This document shows positions 28,839 to 37,980 of a DNA stretch of 64,000 bases, piece after piece. The stretch's first letter is position 1; each line of letters begins with the position of its first letter. This DNA is from Bacteroidia bacterium (GTDB lineage: Bacteria > Bacteroidota > Bacteroidia > NS11-12g > UBA9320): NCBI GenBank assembly GCA_965216465.1, contig CBDCFW010000001.1, positions 288,001-352,000 of the forward strand, in the 5' to 3' direction. The translations under genes were made by a program, and so were the position numbers. The notes under the pieces were generated by a model. It worked only from the letters and a program-made list of their open reading frames with translations. It was not told the origin of the DNA and searched no databases.

Positions 28839-31800
28839 TTGAGACAATTTCTCACATATATTCTGCTTTTTAACTTATTAGCAGCGGTTGGCCAGTGTCC
28901 AAATATTACAATTTCATCTAGTCAAAACACCTATTGTCTATCTGATTTTGTTCAACTCAGTGCATCCAATGTACCCGCTGGAGCAACATTAGAATGGAAC
29001 GTTGGCAATGGATGGAATTCAGGCTCTAGCAATTATGCCGTTCAACCCGCAAATGCTGGTTCACTAAACGTCGATTTACGTGTAACGCTTAGTTCTGGCA
29101 CAATCTGCAACTATAACGCTTCGGCTCTTGCAACTGTAAACGACATACCCGCTGTCGATTTAAAACTTTCACGAACTTTGGTTTGTGAAGGATTAGACAC
29201 GCTTACGCTTACAGATCTTTCACCCACCTCAGTTAATAGAACATGGGTTATAGGAACTTCAAACTATACAGATGTGACAAAAACGCAAATTGTTTCACTA
29301 AAAGAGCTAGGGGTTCATGATGTCAAGTTGATTGTTCAAGATGCCAATGGTTGCCGAAACTCAAAAACCATAAACAACCATGTTAATGTGTATGAAGACA
29401 TTGATTTAGACTTTACAAAATCTAACATTGGAAGTTGTGCCCCTATTGTCACCAATCTGACTTCGTTTTACAACCTGGGCAATCAAAGTATATCATCAGT
29501 TCAGTGGAATTTACCGGGATCCAACAATATCAACCCAACTACTAATAATGTTAGTGGCGTTACCTACAATACTTTTGGGCGACATCGTGTAACCTTAACT
29601 ATCGAAACACAAAGTGGATGCACTTATGTTCATTCAAAAAACAATTATATTTCAATAGGCGAATCAGCAAATCTTGCCATAACTGCTTCTAAATCAGAAG
29701 TATGCCTAAGTGAGCCCGTTAGTTTAACGCAAACTAACCAACCTTTGCCCGGGAGCATTTTTTGGGACATAAACAGCCATTCGGTCGATCGAATAAGCAA
29801 ATACAAATCGACTTTTGTATTTAAAGATACGGGGTATTATGATGTGACACTGACCTACGATCATTTTAATTGCAAAACAATTCTTAATGTGAACGATGTT
29901 ATAAGAGTGGTTGGACTTAAAGCGAGTTTTGAGTCAAATAACAGTTTTCATTGTGAGGCACCTCATCTGGTAAACATCACAAACATTTCAGACACAACAA
30001 GTACTCCTATTTTAGGTTTCAAGTGGAACATCTTCGATGCCCTAACCGACACCTTGGTGGTTACTGACACCACTAAACATATCAATTTCAATATTCAGAA
30101 CGATAGTGCATTTTATGATGTTCAACTTATAGCAGATGCAGTTAATGGTTGTAGCGACACAACTACGTTGGAAGATTTTATGTACGTTGCTCCATATGAT
30201 TTTGATTATGGTGCTTCACCAGATATAGGTTGCGTTGGACAAGAGTTTCAAATTACAAACAATACAGAATCACCATCTTATTATGGGTTTGATTTTTACT
30301 CTTGGAAGTTTTTGGATAAGGATACGACTACAGTCCTTAAAACCACTTCAAGTCTATCTCCTAAAATAATCTATTTAGATACTGGCAAGTACCACATTGA
30401 AGTTACTGGGGCAAACCCTTTGGGCTGTCAAGATATAGATACAGCATTAAACATCATAGAAATTGTACTTCCTGTTTTAGATTTTAGCATTGGAGACAGT
30501 GTTATTTGCAAAGAAGATCTTGCCCTTTTTACTGGCAACAGCACACCCATAAACAGTAAATTCAAGCACAATTATCGATTGGTTCATAGGACTTCAGGGC
30601 AAAGCTTCAAAACAAGCGGCATTACGGCCAATTCTTCGGTTGGCCCGGTTGGTGTGTATGATGTGTACTACAATTATGTCATTTCTCCTTCTTGCAACGA
30701 CACCATACAAAAAGCTTTATACGTAAATGGCTTATCTGGCACCATCGAACTTGACAGCACCTCTGGTTGTCCGCAGATGATAACCAAGCCTCGATTTAAA
30801 AAAGATTACAACATTCATTTCGGAAGTCAGGATACGAGCTTACAGTACTTTTGGGATGTAACACCCAGTTCTGGAGCAATTGTGCTTGGTGCCACGACTA
30901 AAAATCCAGAGTTTAGATTTTTAGAATCGAAAAATTATAAAATTACACTATATGTTTCGAACAGTACTGGTTGCGGCTTTTATGTTGAGTCTGACGTAAT
31001 TAAAACCGGGGTACTTTCCGATTTCACGCTCAATCGAACACTTAGTTGTGTTGGTGATACTTTCGTTGCAATCAACATAACAGATAACAACCCTAGCCTA
31101 ATTAAATGGGAAGTCGAACCTGCAGCCAAAGCAACTGTCGACTCTATCAATCCTAACGAGATAAGAATCATACCTAATGACACAGGTTTTATCGACATCA
31201 AACTCATCACGGGAAAAAACAATTATTGCTTCGACACCTTAACAAGAACTATAGAAGTAAGTAACCTTGCTGCTGATTTTTCAATAAGCGATACGAATGT
31301 ATATTGTGCTCCGAGCACCGTGACATTTACTAACCTTTCACTAAACGCAGATACGCTTCATTGGTTTTTTGGTGATCAGAATCAACTCAAAACCACCAAT
31401 GACACGTCCGCAACCCATACATACTCACTTAACAGTGATTCTACAGGTTACGATGTCAGTCTTATTGCCATTAGTTCGTATGGATGCAGAGATACAATTA
31501 CAAAGAGAGGAGCAGTAAAAGTTAATGGCCCGATTGCAAACTTTGACGTTTCTGCTAAAATTGGTTGCGAGCCCTTTGTTGTTTCATTTACTAACTTGAG
31601 TAAGTTTTACGACAGCACAATTATATTTTATGGTTTCGGTTTTAAACCTGACACCAATGAGTTTAGTACGCATACATACTATAACACATCCGACAAACTG
31701 CTTCAAAACTACACTCCAATACTAACAGTTATAGATTCAACAGGTTGTCGTGCTACCTTTGTTGGACCGACAGTAAAACCCGCAAATGTCCCCGAATCTG

Positions 31801-33659
31801 CAATTTCTTTAGATCCAGACACGTCAATATGCCGGGGTGAGTCCATTTTCTGTTCGGACACTGGTCTATACGGTACTACTTGGAAATGGTATGTAGAAAA
31901 TAATTTGGTCGCAACGAGAAAGAGCGAAAACATTGAATTCAATCAATACGGTAGCAACGAATTAGTGCTCATCTCAGAAAACCAATATGGATGTAAGGAC
32001 ACAACTAAACGTACAATCACAGTATTAGAGTCACCAGATTTTGTTTTCGATGCACCCCAATTTTTATGTGCCAATAAACCTCTAAATATTGAGGTCTTGG
32101 TTGATACTCCTCCTCACCCATTAAACTACATCTGGGATTTTGGAGAGCCGTCGAACCCCGACAACAACCAAACTACAATCGGCAACTCTGCTGTAATTAC
32201 TTATGCTACAAGCGGTACGAAACGCATAAAAGCTCAGGCAAGTCTAAGCAACGGCTGCTCCGTACCTGATTCTATAGAAATTGAGATTTTCGACCCTGTA
32301 AACATTCCTGTTGTTAAACTAGAAATGGTTAGTTTTAACGATCAGAATCAAGTATTTATTCAACACGAAGATGTTGTATTTGATTACCTTAAAAATTTCA
32401 ATATTCTCAGAGACAATATTGCAATTAAGCAACAAGATCTAAATGCCGATCGACGCTTAATCGACTCATTCCCGATAACATCGCAAAAGAGTTGTTACAA
32501 CATTTCGGTAATTGATCAATGCGATAATGAAGGACTATCTGATCGTGACCACTGTCCTGTAATTCTGAACCTAAACAACGGAGGAAGTAAAAATATAGAG
32601 CTAAATTGGTCATATTACATCGGATGGGATCTAGTTGACAAATACGAAATATACCGTAAGGCTCCAGGTGAGAATTTTATTAAAATTGGTGAAGTGTTAA
32701 ACACAGCAAGGTCATTTACCGATACTTCCTCTCTTTGTAATTTCGAATTCTCGTACAAAATTGCTGCTCTCAAAAGTGGAGAAGATTTAGTTTCTTATAG
32801 CAACATTGAAACAACTGTTCCGTTTTACATCACCAATGACATTCCAAATGAAATTACAGTAGTTTCGGTTAGCAATAATGATATAGAGGTACTATGGACC
32901 CCAAGCAGTTTTGCTGGACATGAAAAATACAAGCTTTTCAAGTATGAAAATAGTTTGAATAACCTGGTTGATTCGTTTGAAACAACAAATACGCAATATT
33001 TAGACAACAACGTAGATATTGATAATAACAACTACTTCTATCGATTACAAGATATTGACCAATGCCAAAATGCTACAGATGCAATTAACTACGGAAATTC
33101 TATTTTACTCGTTGCTAAAACTGACCAATTCACATCTACTTTAAATTGGAATAAATACGAAGACTGGGTGCCCGCATACACCAACAATATTGTTGAGTAC
33201 ATTGGACCAAATGGCCCAGAACAACTTACGCAATTAGGTCCTAATCAACTGACCTTCAAAGATCAGGAGATACATGAAGACATCGATGGATATTATACTT
33301 ATCGTGTTTATGCTTTGAACGAAGCCGGTGACAAAAGCTATTCAAATATTGTAAAAACTCAAGGTACATCTGTACACCATATCCCAACGGCATTTAGTCC
33401 AAACGCAGATGGCACCAACGATGAATTCAAATATTTTACGCTTTTCATCTCCAATGATGTTGATAACAACGATTTTGAAATTAGCATTTATAACAGATGG
33501 GGCAGTAAAGTATTTGGAAGTAATAATGTAACTGAATATTGGGATGGAAACTCAAATGGGAATCCTCAACCTCAAGGCGTATATCTATATCAAATTAAGA
33601 TAACAGACAATGCAGGTCGGATATACAATCACAGCGGCTTATTACACCTTCTGCGTTAA
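28839..33659 (+). CDS. Large PKD-domain surface protein with T9SS type B (gliding motility-associated) C-terminal domain
   Basis: Repeated GC.P..V.FTNLS / W.FGD / Y.V.L....GC PKD units; Fn3-like units; IPTAFSPNADGTNDEF...IYNRWG...WDG...GVYLY. Start uncertain (28800-28839). Confidence 0.9.
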   Translation: MRQFLTYILLFNLLAAVGQCPNITISSSQNTYCLSDFVQLSASNVPAGATLEWNVGNGWNSGSSNYAVQPANAGSLNVDLRVTLSSGTICNYNASALATVNDIPAVDLKLSRTLVCEGLDTLTLTDLSPTSVNRTWVIGTSNYTDVTKTQIVSLKELGVHDVKLIVQDANGCRNSKTINNHVNVYEDIDLDFTKSNIGSCAPIVTNLTSFYNLGNQSISSVQWNLPGSNNINPTTNNVSGVTYNTFGRHRVTLTIETQSGCTYVHSKNNYISIGESANLAITASKSEVCLSEPVSLTQTNQPLPGSIFWDINSHSVDRISKYKSTFVFKDTGYYDVTLTYDHFNCKTILNVNDVIRVVGLKASFESNNSFHCEAPHLVNITNISDTTSTPILGFKWNIFDALTDTLVVTDTTKHINFNIQNDSAFYDVQLIADAVNGCSDTTTLEDFMYVAPYDFDYGASPDIGCVGQEFQITNNTESPSYYGFDFYSWKFLDKDTTTVLKTTSSLSPKIIYLDTGKYHIEVTGANPLGCQDIDTALNIIEIVLPVLDFSIGDSVICKEDLALFTGNSTPINSKFKHNYRLVHRTSGQSFKTSGITANSSVGPVGVYDVYYNYVISPSCNDTIQKALYVNGLSGTIELDSTSGCPQMITKPRFKKDYNIHFGSQDTSLQYFWDVTPSSGAIVLGATTKNPEFRFLESKNYKITLYVSNSTGCGFYVESDVIKTGVLSDFTLNRTLSCVGDTFVAINITDNNPSLIKWEVEPAAKATVDSINPNEIRIIPNDTGFIDIKLITGKNNYCFDTLTRTIEVSNLAADFSISDTNVYCAPSTVTFTNLSLNADTLHWFFGDQNQLKTTNDTSATHTYSLNSDSTGYDVSLIAISSYGCRDTITKRGAVKVNGPIANFDVSAKIGCEPFVVSFTNLSKFYDSTIIFYGFGFKPDTNEFSTHTYYNTSDKLLQNYTPILTVIDSTGCRATFVGPTVKPANVPESAISLDPDTSICRGESIFCSDTGLYGTTWKWYVENNLVATRKSENIEFNQYGSNELVLISENQYGCKDTTKRTITVLESPDFVFDAPQFLCANKPLNIEVLVDTPPHPLNYIWDFGEPSNPDNNQTTIGNSAVITYATSGTKRIKAQASLSNGCSVPDSIEIEIFDPVNIPVVKLEMVSFNDQNQVFIQHEDVVFDYLKNFNILRDNIAIKQQDLNADRRLIDSFPITSQKSCYNISVIDQCDNEGLSDRDHCPVILNLNNGGSKNIELNWSYYIGWDLVDKYEIYRKAPGENFIKIGEVLNTARSFTDTSSLCNFEFSYKIAALKSGEDLVSYSNIETTVPFYITNDIPNEITVVSVSNNDIEVLWTPSSFAGHEKYKLFKYENSLNNLVDSFETTNTQYLDNNVDIDNNNYFYRLQDIDQCQNATDAINYGNSILLVAKTDQFTSTLNWNKYEDWVPAYTNNIVEYIGPNGPEQLTQLGPNQLTFKDQEIHEDIDGYYTYRVYALNEAGDKSYSNIVKTQGTSVHHIPTAFSPNADGTNDEFKYFTLFISNDVDNNDFEISIYNRWGSKVFGSNNVTEYWDGNSNGNPQPQGVYLYQIKITDNAGRIYNHSGLLHLLR

Positions 33660-33700
33660 CGTCGAAATCAAATTTTAGTAAGTGCCTAAAATAAGAAGTG

Positions 33701-34243
33701 CTAAACTAGCACCTCCCCTTTCATCGAATAGTAGCTCAACGAAATGGTATTGAAAGTCTCTGTTTCCTGATTAAAAACATCACACTTTGTAATTGGTTTT
33801 TGGTACAAATGAAGGCTCATGGCACGTTCCCCTGAAACATTTTCTAAAGTATGGTAGATCTTATTGTCTTCAACAAATGTCGTTTGGTTGATTTCAAGCA
33901 GTTCATTCGAGACACGAGTAAGCTCATTGTTTTTCATCATATATTGCTCTTCCCTAAACTCACCTGAAATAACCTGAACCCAACATTCTTGCTGATCGTG
34001 GCTATGTATTTTTGTGATTTGATCTGGCTCCCAACACAACAGCAATAGTTCAAACTCTTCGTTTTTAGCTATACAATTACGGGTGTAAAATTTAGAGTTC
34101 CAATTTATATAAGGATGTAGCTCCTCAATATCAATCTCTAGGTGATCCAGTTTTTCAATTTGCGAAATGTCTTCACCTTGCTCCAACCTATTTATCAGAT
34201 CTTTCAGGCTTGTCACTTCTTGTTTCCCAACGCTTCCTTCCAT
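33701..34243 (-). CDS. Cysteine dioxygenase family protein (cupin)
   Basis: YTRN, LLCW, IHSH...C, third His in YHTLEN, SLHLY triad. Confidence 0.9.
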   Translation of the reverse strand: MEGSVGKQEVTSLKDLINRLEQGEDISQIEKLDHLEIDIEELHPYINWNSKFYTRNCIAKNEEFELLLLCWEPDQITKIHSHDQQECWVQVISGEFREEQYMMKNNELTRVSNELLEINQTTFVEDNKIYHTLENVSGERAMSLHLYQKPITKCDVFNQETETFNTISLSYYSMKGEVLV

Positions 34244-34258
34244 AACACTTTATGCTCT

Positions 34259-34266
34259 CAAAGGTA
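34259..34266 (-). promoter_or_regulatory. -7 promoter element (TACCTTTG) for the cysteine dioxygenase gene
   Basis: Exact TAnnTTTG on the minus strand, 15 nt before ATG. Confidence 0.6.
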
Positions 34267-34326
34267 ACAAACAATATGAATAGTTGTTTATGTCATTAAT
34301 TATATCAAATTTTGACAGCTCAATTT

Positions 34327-35670
34327 ATGCAACACGAGTTAAAGTTTTTTGAACAACTTGTTTCAAAACTTCTACAAGAAGAAAAAAAAGAACCGGTGGT
34401 AACTCCACTTGATCCCAAAACATTAAACCAACAACTAAATCTAGAATTTGAAGACCAGGGCCTAGACCAAAAAGATTGGGAAGATCTCGTTGAATCCGTT
34501 GTTCTCAACACTCCTCGTACCGCTAGTAGTCTCTTTTTTAATCAATTGTTCGGAGGCCGTCAACCAAAGGCGGTTTTAGGAGACCTGCTCGCTGTGGTTC
34601 TTAACAACAGTATGTATACCTACAAAGTTGCGGGACCCCAAGTTGGAATTGAAAAAGCAATAATGCATAAAGTTTGTGCTCTAGTTGGCTATCAGCATGG
34701 TGATGGCACCATTGCACCTGGAGGAAGCATGAGCAATCTCATGGCCATGTTAATGGGAAGAGATGCGAAAGACAAAGACATTAGATACAAAGGAGGTAAT
34801 ACCCATATGACCCTGTATACTTCTCAAGAATCGCATTATTCAATTCCAAAAAACGCTGCTTTCATGGGTATCGGAACCGAACAAGTACGAAAAGTAAAAA
34901 CCGACGAATTTGGAAAGATGGATGTCAACCATCTTAATGAACTTGTAGAGCAAGATATAGCACAAGGACTTCAACCATTTTTTGTGAATGCTACAGCCGG
35001 AACCACTGTTCTTGGGGCCTTTGATGACATAGATGCCATTTCTGAGGTTTGTAAAAAGCACAACTTGTGGCTTCACGTAGACGGGGCTTATTGTGGGGCT
35101 GTAATCTTTAGCAACAAATACAAGCACCTGCTAAATGGAGTTGAAAAAAGCGATTCATTTAGCTTCAACGCACATAAGATGTTAGGGACGCCGTTAACAT
35201 GCTCAATTGTTGTAACCAAACATCGTGAAGCATTGTACGACTCTTTCTCTATGGAAGCAGACTATTTATACCAAACCGACATTGACGATTATAATCTAGG
35301 AAAAATCTCTTTGCAATGCGGACGAAGAAACGATGCCCTTAAACTTTGGACCTTGTGGAAGTCAGTAGGTAATATTGGTCTTGAAGAGATGGTGAATACT
35401 CAATTTGAACTTGCTGACATCGCTCGAGAATATGTAAGCAATCATCCTGATTACAAACTTTACAGCTACCCAGCCTCTGTTTCAGTATGCTTCAATTACA
35501 AAGACATACCTGCAGATGACCTTTGCACTAAACTCTACGAAAGTGCCTCAACTTTAGTTGGTTATGGCAAATTTAGAGAAGATGAATTTGTTAGGCTAAT
35601 AACAATTAATGCCAACAATAGCAAAGATCAAATTATCAACTTCTTTAAAGCTTTGGAAGAAGGAGCCTAG
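34327..35670 (+). CDS. Group II PLP-dependent decarboxylase, probable cysteine sulfinic acid decarboxylase
   Basis: FFNQLFGG, PGGSMSN, SHYS, ATAGTTVLGAFD, LHVDGAY, NAHK (PLP Lys), LQCGRRND; F-x19-S-x-Y selectivity motif; divergent from CDO. Confidence 0.85.
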   Translation: MQHELKFFEQLVSKLLQEEKKEPVVTPLDPKTLNQQLNLEFEDQGLDQKDWEDLVESVVLNTPRTASSLFFNQLFGGRQPKAVLGDLLAVVLNNSMYTYKVAGPQVGIEKAIMHKVCALVGYQHGDGTIAPGGSMSNLMAMLMGRDAKDKDIRYKGGNTHMTLYTSQESHYSIPKNAAFMGIGTEQVRKVKTDEFGKMDVNHLNELVEQDIAQGLQPFFVNATAGTTVLGAFDDIDAISEVCKKHNLWLHVDGAYCGAVIFSNKYKHLLNGVEKSDSFSFNAHKMLGTPLTCSIVVTKHREALYDSFSMEADYLYQTDIDDYNLGKISLQCGRRNDALKLWTLWKSVGNIGLEEMVNTQFELADIAREYVSNHPDYKLYSYPASVSVCFNYKDIPADDLCTKLYESASTLVGYGKFREDEFVRLITINANNSKDQIINFFKALEEGA

Positions 35671-37112
35671 CCTCTCATAAACTTTACAAGTTTCTCGATT
35701 TCATAAGACCAAATCTTATCGCTGTCGCTAATGTCAGCTACTGATTTCACCTTTTCAACAAAAGACTCTATAGTTTTAGAAGACTTTAATGGTCTTCTAA
35801 ACTCTAACGCCTTTGCTCCGGTTAGTAATTCTATAGCCTGTATGCGTTCAACATTCTCAATAACACGTAAGCATTTAGTAGCGGCGTTTGCCCCCATGCT
35901 TACATGATCTTCTTGGCCATTGCTACTATCAATGGTATCAATACTGCTTGGTGTACACAATTGCTTATTCTGACTTACAATACTGGCTGCAGTGTATTGA
36001 GTTATCATCAATCCACTCTCTAATCCAGGGTTCCCTGTCAAGAATGGTGGTAGGTTTCTATTTCCTTCAACCAATCGGTATAATCTTCTTTCAGCAATAC
36101 TTCCTATCTCGGCCATAGCAATAGCTAAAAAATCTAGATTTAGTGCCAATGGCTGACCGTGAAAGTTTCCTGCACTCAGCACCAAATCTTCATCAGGAAA
36201 AACATTTGGATTATCTGTAACACTGTTTATTTCCGTTTCGAATACCGCTTTTACTGCTCGATAAACATCTTTACTAGCCCCGTGTACTTGTGGTACACAC
36301 CTAAAACTGTAAGGGTCTTGAACATGAACTTTCTCCTGAGTTATTATTTCACTTCCTTCAAGATAATTTAAAATATTCGACGCGGTTTCAAGTTGTCCTT
36401 GATGAGGTCTAATGCGGTGACTAAATGCTAAAAATGGTTCAATCCTACCGTCATACGCATCAATACACATTGCTGCTAGCTTATCAGCATTTTCAAGAAT
36501 CTTTTTCGCTCTAAACAAGCAATGCAATCCATATGCCTGCATAAATTGAGTTCCATTTATTAGTGCTAATCCTTCCTTAGGTCCTAATTTCAAATCACTA
36601 GAACTAGGGGCTACCTTGTCGAGTCCGCTCCAAATTTCACCTTCACCAATTAAGGGCAAACTCAAGTGAGATAAAGGAGCTAAATCTCCACTTGCACCTA
36701 AGCTTCCTAGTTGATATACAACAGGAATAGTATCGGAATTATAAAACTCAATTAGCTTTTCTACTGTAGCTAGTTGAACACCACTATGTCCGTAACTTAG
36801 GCTTTGCGCCTTAAGCAACAGCATAATTTTAACTACCTCTTTTGGAACATAATCTCCTGTGCCACAGGCATGTGAGCGTAGCAAGTTAAGCTGAAGATCT
36901 GCAAGATTTTCTTTGCTAACCTCTTTGTTATAAAGTGACCCAAAACCGGTATTTACGCCATATATTGGAGGCCCCGGTTGTTGTACTTTATTCAGTAAGT
37001 AAGTATTACACTTTTCAATTTTGTTCTTAGCTTCTTGAGATAAGCTAATTGGCTCGCCGCTTTCAACAATTCGTTGTAAATCTTCTAGGCTATGATGTTC
37101 TGCTAATTCCAT
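35667..37112 (-). CDS. hutH: Histidine ammonia-lyase
   Basis: YGVNTGFG, GSLGASGDLAPL (MIO-forming ASG), KEGLALINGTQ, QDPYSFRC, GNFHG, QEDHVSM. Confidence 0.97.
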   Translation of the reverse strand: MELAEHHSLEDLQRIVESGEPISLSQEAKNKIEKCNTYLLNKVQQPGPPIYGVNTGFGSLYNKEVSKENLADLQLNLLRSHACGTGDYVPKEVVKIMLLLKAQSLSYGHSGVQLATVEKLIEFYNSDTIPVVYQLGSLGASGDLAPLSHLSLPLIGEGEIWSGLDKVAPSSSDLKLGPKEGLALINGTQFMQAYGLHCLFRAKKILENADKLAAMCIDAYDGRIEPFLAFSHRIRPHQGQLETASNILNYLEGSEIITQEKVHVQDPYSFRCVPQVHGASKDVYRAVKAVFETEINSVTDNPNVFPDEDLVLSAGNFHGQPLALNLDFLAIAMAEIGSIAERRLYRLVEGNRNLPPFLTGNPGLESGLMITQYTAASIVSQNKQLCTPSSIDTIDSSNGQEDHVSMGANAATKCLRVIENVERIQAIELLTGAKALEFRRPLKSSKTIESFVEKVKSVADISDSDKIWSYEIEKLVKFMRG

Positions 37113-37164
37113 CCGCGGCAAATATCTAAAATAATTAGAGTTTGCTGCACGCGCGTCTTAGATT

Positions 37165-37929
37165 TTAAGAATTTCGGCTCTCTAAGATTAACTTGGTAAT
37201 AACCTGTTTTGTGTTCTCAGGAAAATCACCCTGCATCATCCAATCGTAGTAACCCCGATTGGTTTTAAACACATCAACAACCTTTTGGCCTTTGTATTTT
37301 CCAAAATTGAAGTAAGCCACGTTTCCATCTCCGCGCTTAATTCTTCGAGCAAAATCAAAAAATTCGCTTTCACCGGAAAATGCATGAAGAAAGTCAATAT
37401 CTCCCTCTATTTCATCGTAGTGATTTACTTGTGCTTTAATAACTTCCCAAGTCGCAACCGTATCAGCTTTAGCACTATGGGCATCGGTCAATTCTTTGTT
37501 GCAGAAGAACTTATAAGCAGCTGTTAGATTTCTTGGTTCCATTTTATGGAAAATTCTTTGAGCATCAATAAACTTTCTATCCGTGTTAAAATTTACACCT
37601 GCTCGATAAAACTCTTCCGCAAGCATTGGAAAATCAAAGCGATTGCTATTGAATCCTCCAAAATCGCAATTTTGCATAAACCCATTAAGTTCATTTGCCA
37701 AATCCGAAAATGTCGGCTTATCTGCAACATCCTTATCCCAAATACCATGAATTTGAGATACTTCAGGAGGAATTGGAATTGTTGGATTAACTAGATGATG
37801 AAGGTGCTCTTCTTGACCATCGGGCTGAATTTTAATGCAATAAAGTTCAACAATTCGATCTGTTGCAATTTGAATTCCCGTAGTCTCAAGATCAAATACT
37901 ATAAGTGGTTTAGTTAGTTTGATATTCAC
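37165..37929 (-). CDS. DEDDh 3'-5' exonuclease (DNA polymerase III epsilon-like)
   Basis: VFDLETTG, FNSNRFD, AHSAKAD; C-terminal FNFGKYKG. Confidence 0.92.
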   Translation of the reverse strand: MNIKLTKPLIVFDLETTGIQIATDRIVELYCIKIQPDGQEEHLHHLVNPTIPIPPEVSQIHGIWDKDVADKPTFSDLANELNGFMQNCDFGGFNSNRFDFPMLAEEFYRAGVNFNTDRKFIDAQRIFHKMEPRNLTAAYKFFCNKELTDAHSAKADTVATWEVIKAQVNHYDEIEGDIDFLHAFSGESEFFDFARRIKRGDGNVAYFNFGKYKGQKVVDVFKTNRGYYDWMMQGDFPENTKQVITKLILESRNS

Positions 37930-37980
37930 ACAGCGAATGTAGCCAAGTTCAAGTGAACACCCTATATATTCAAGAAATAA

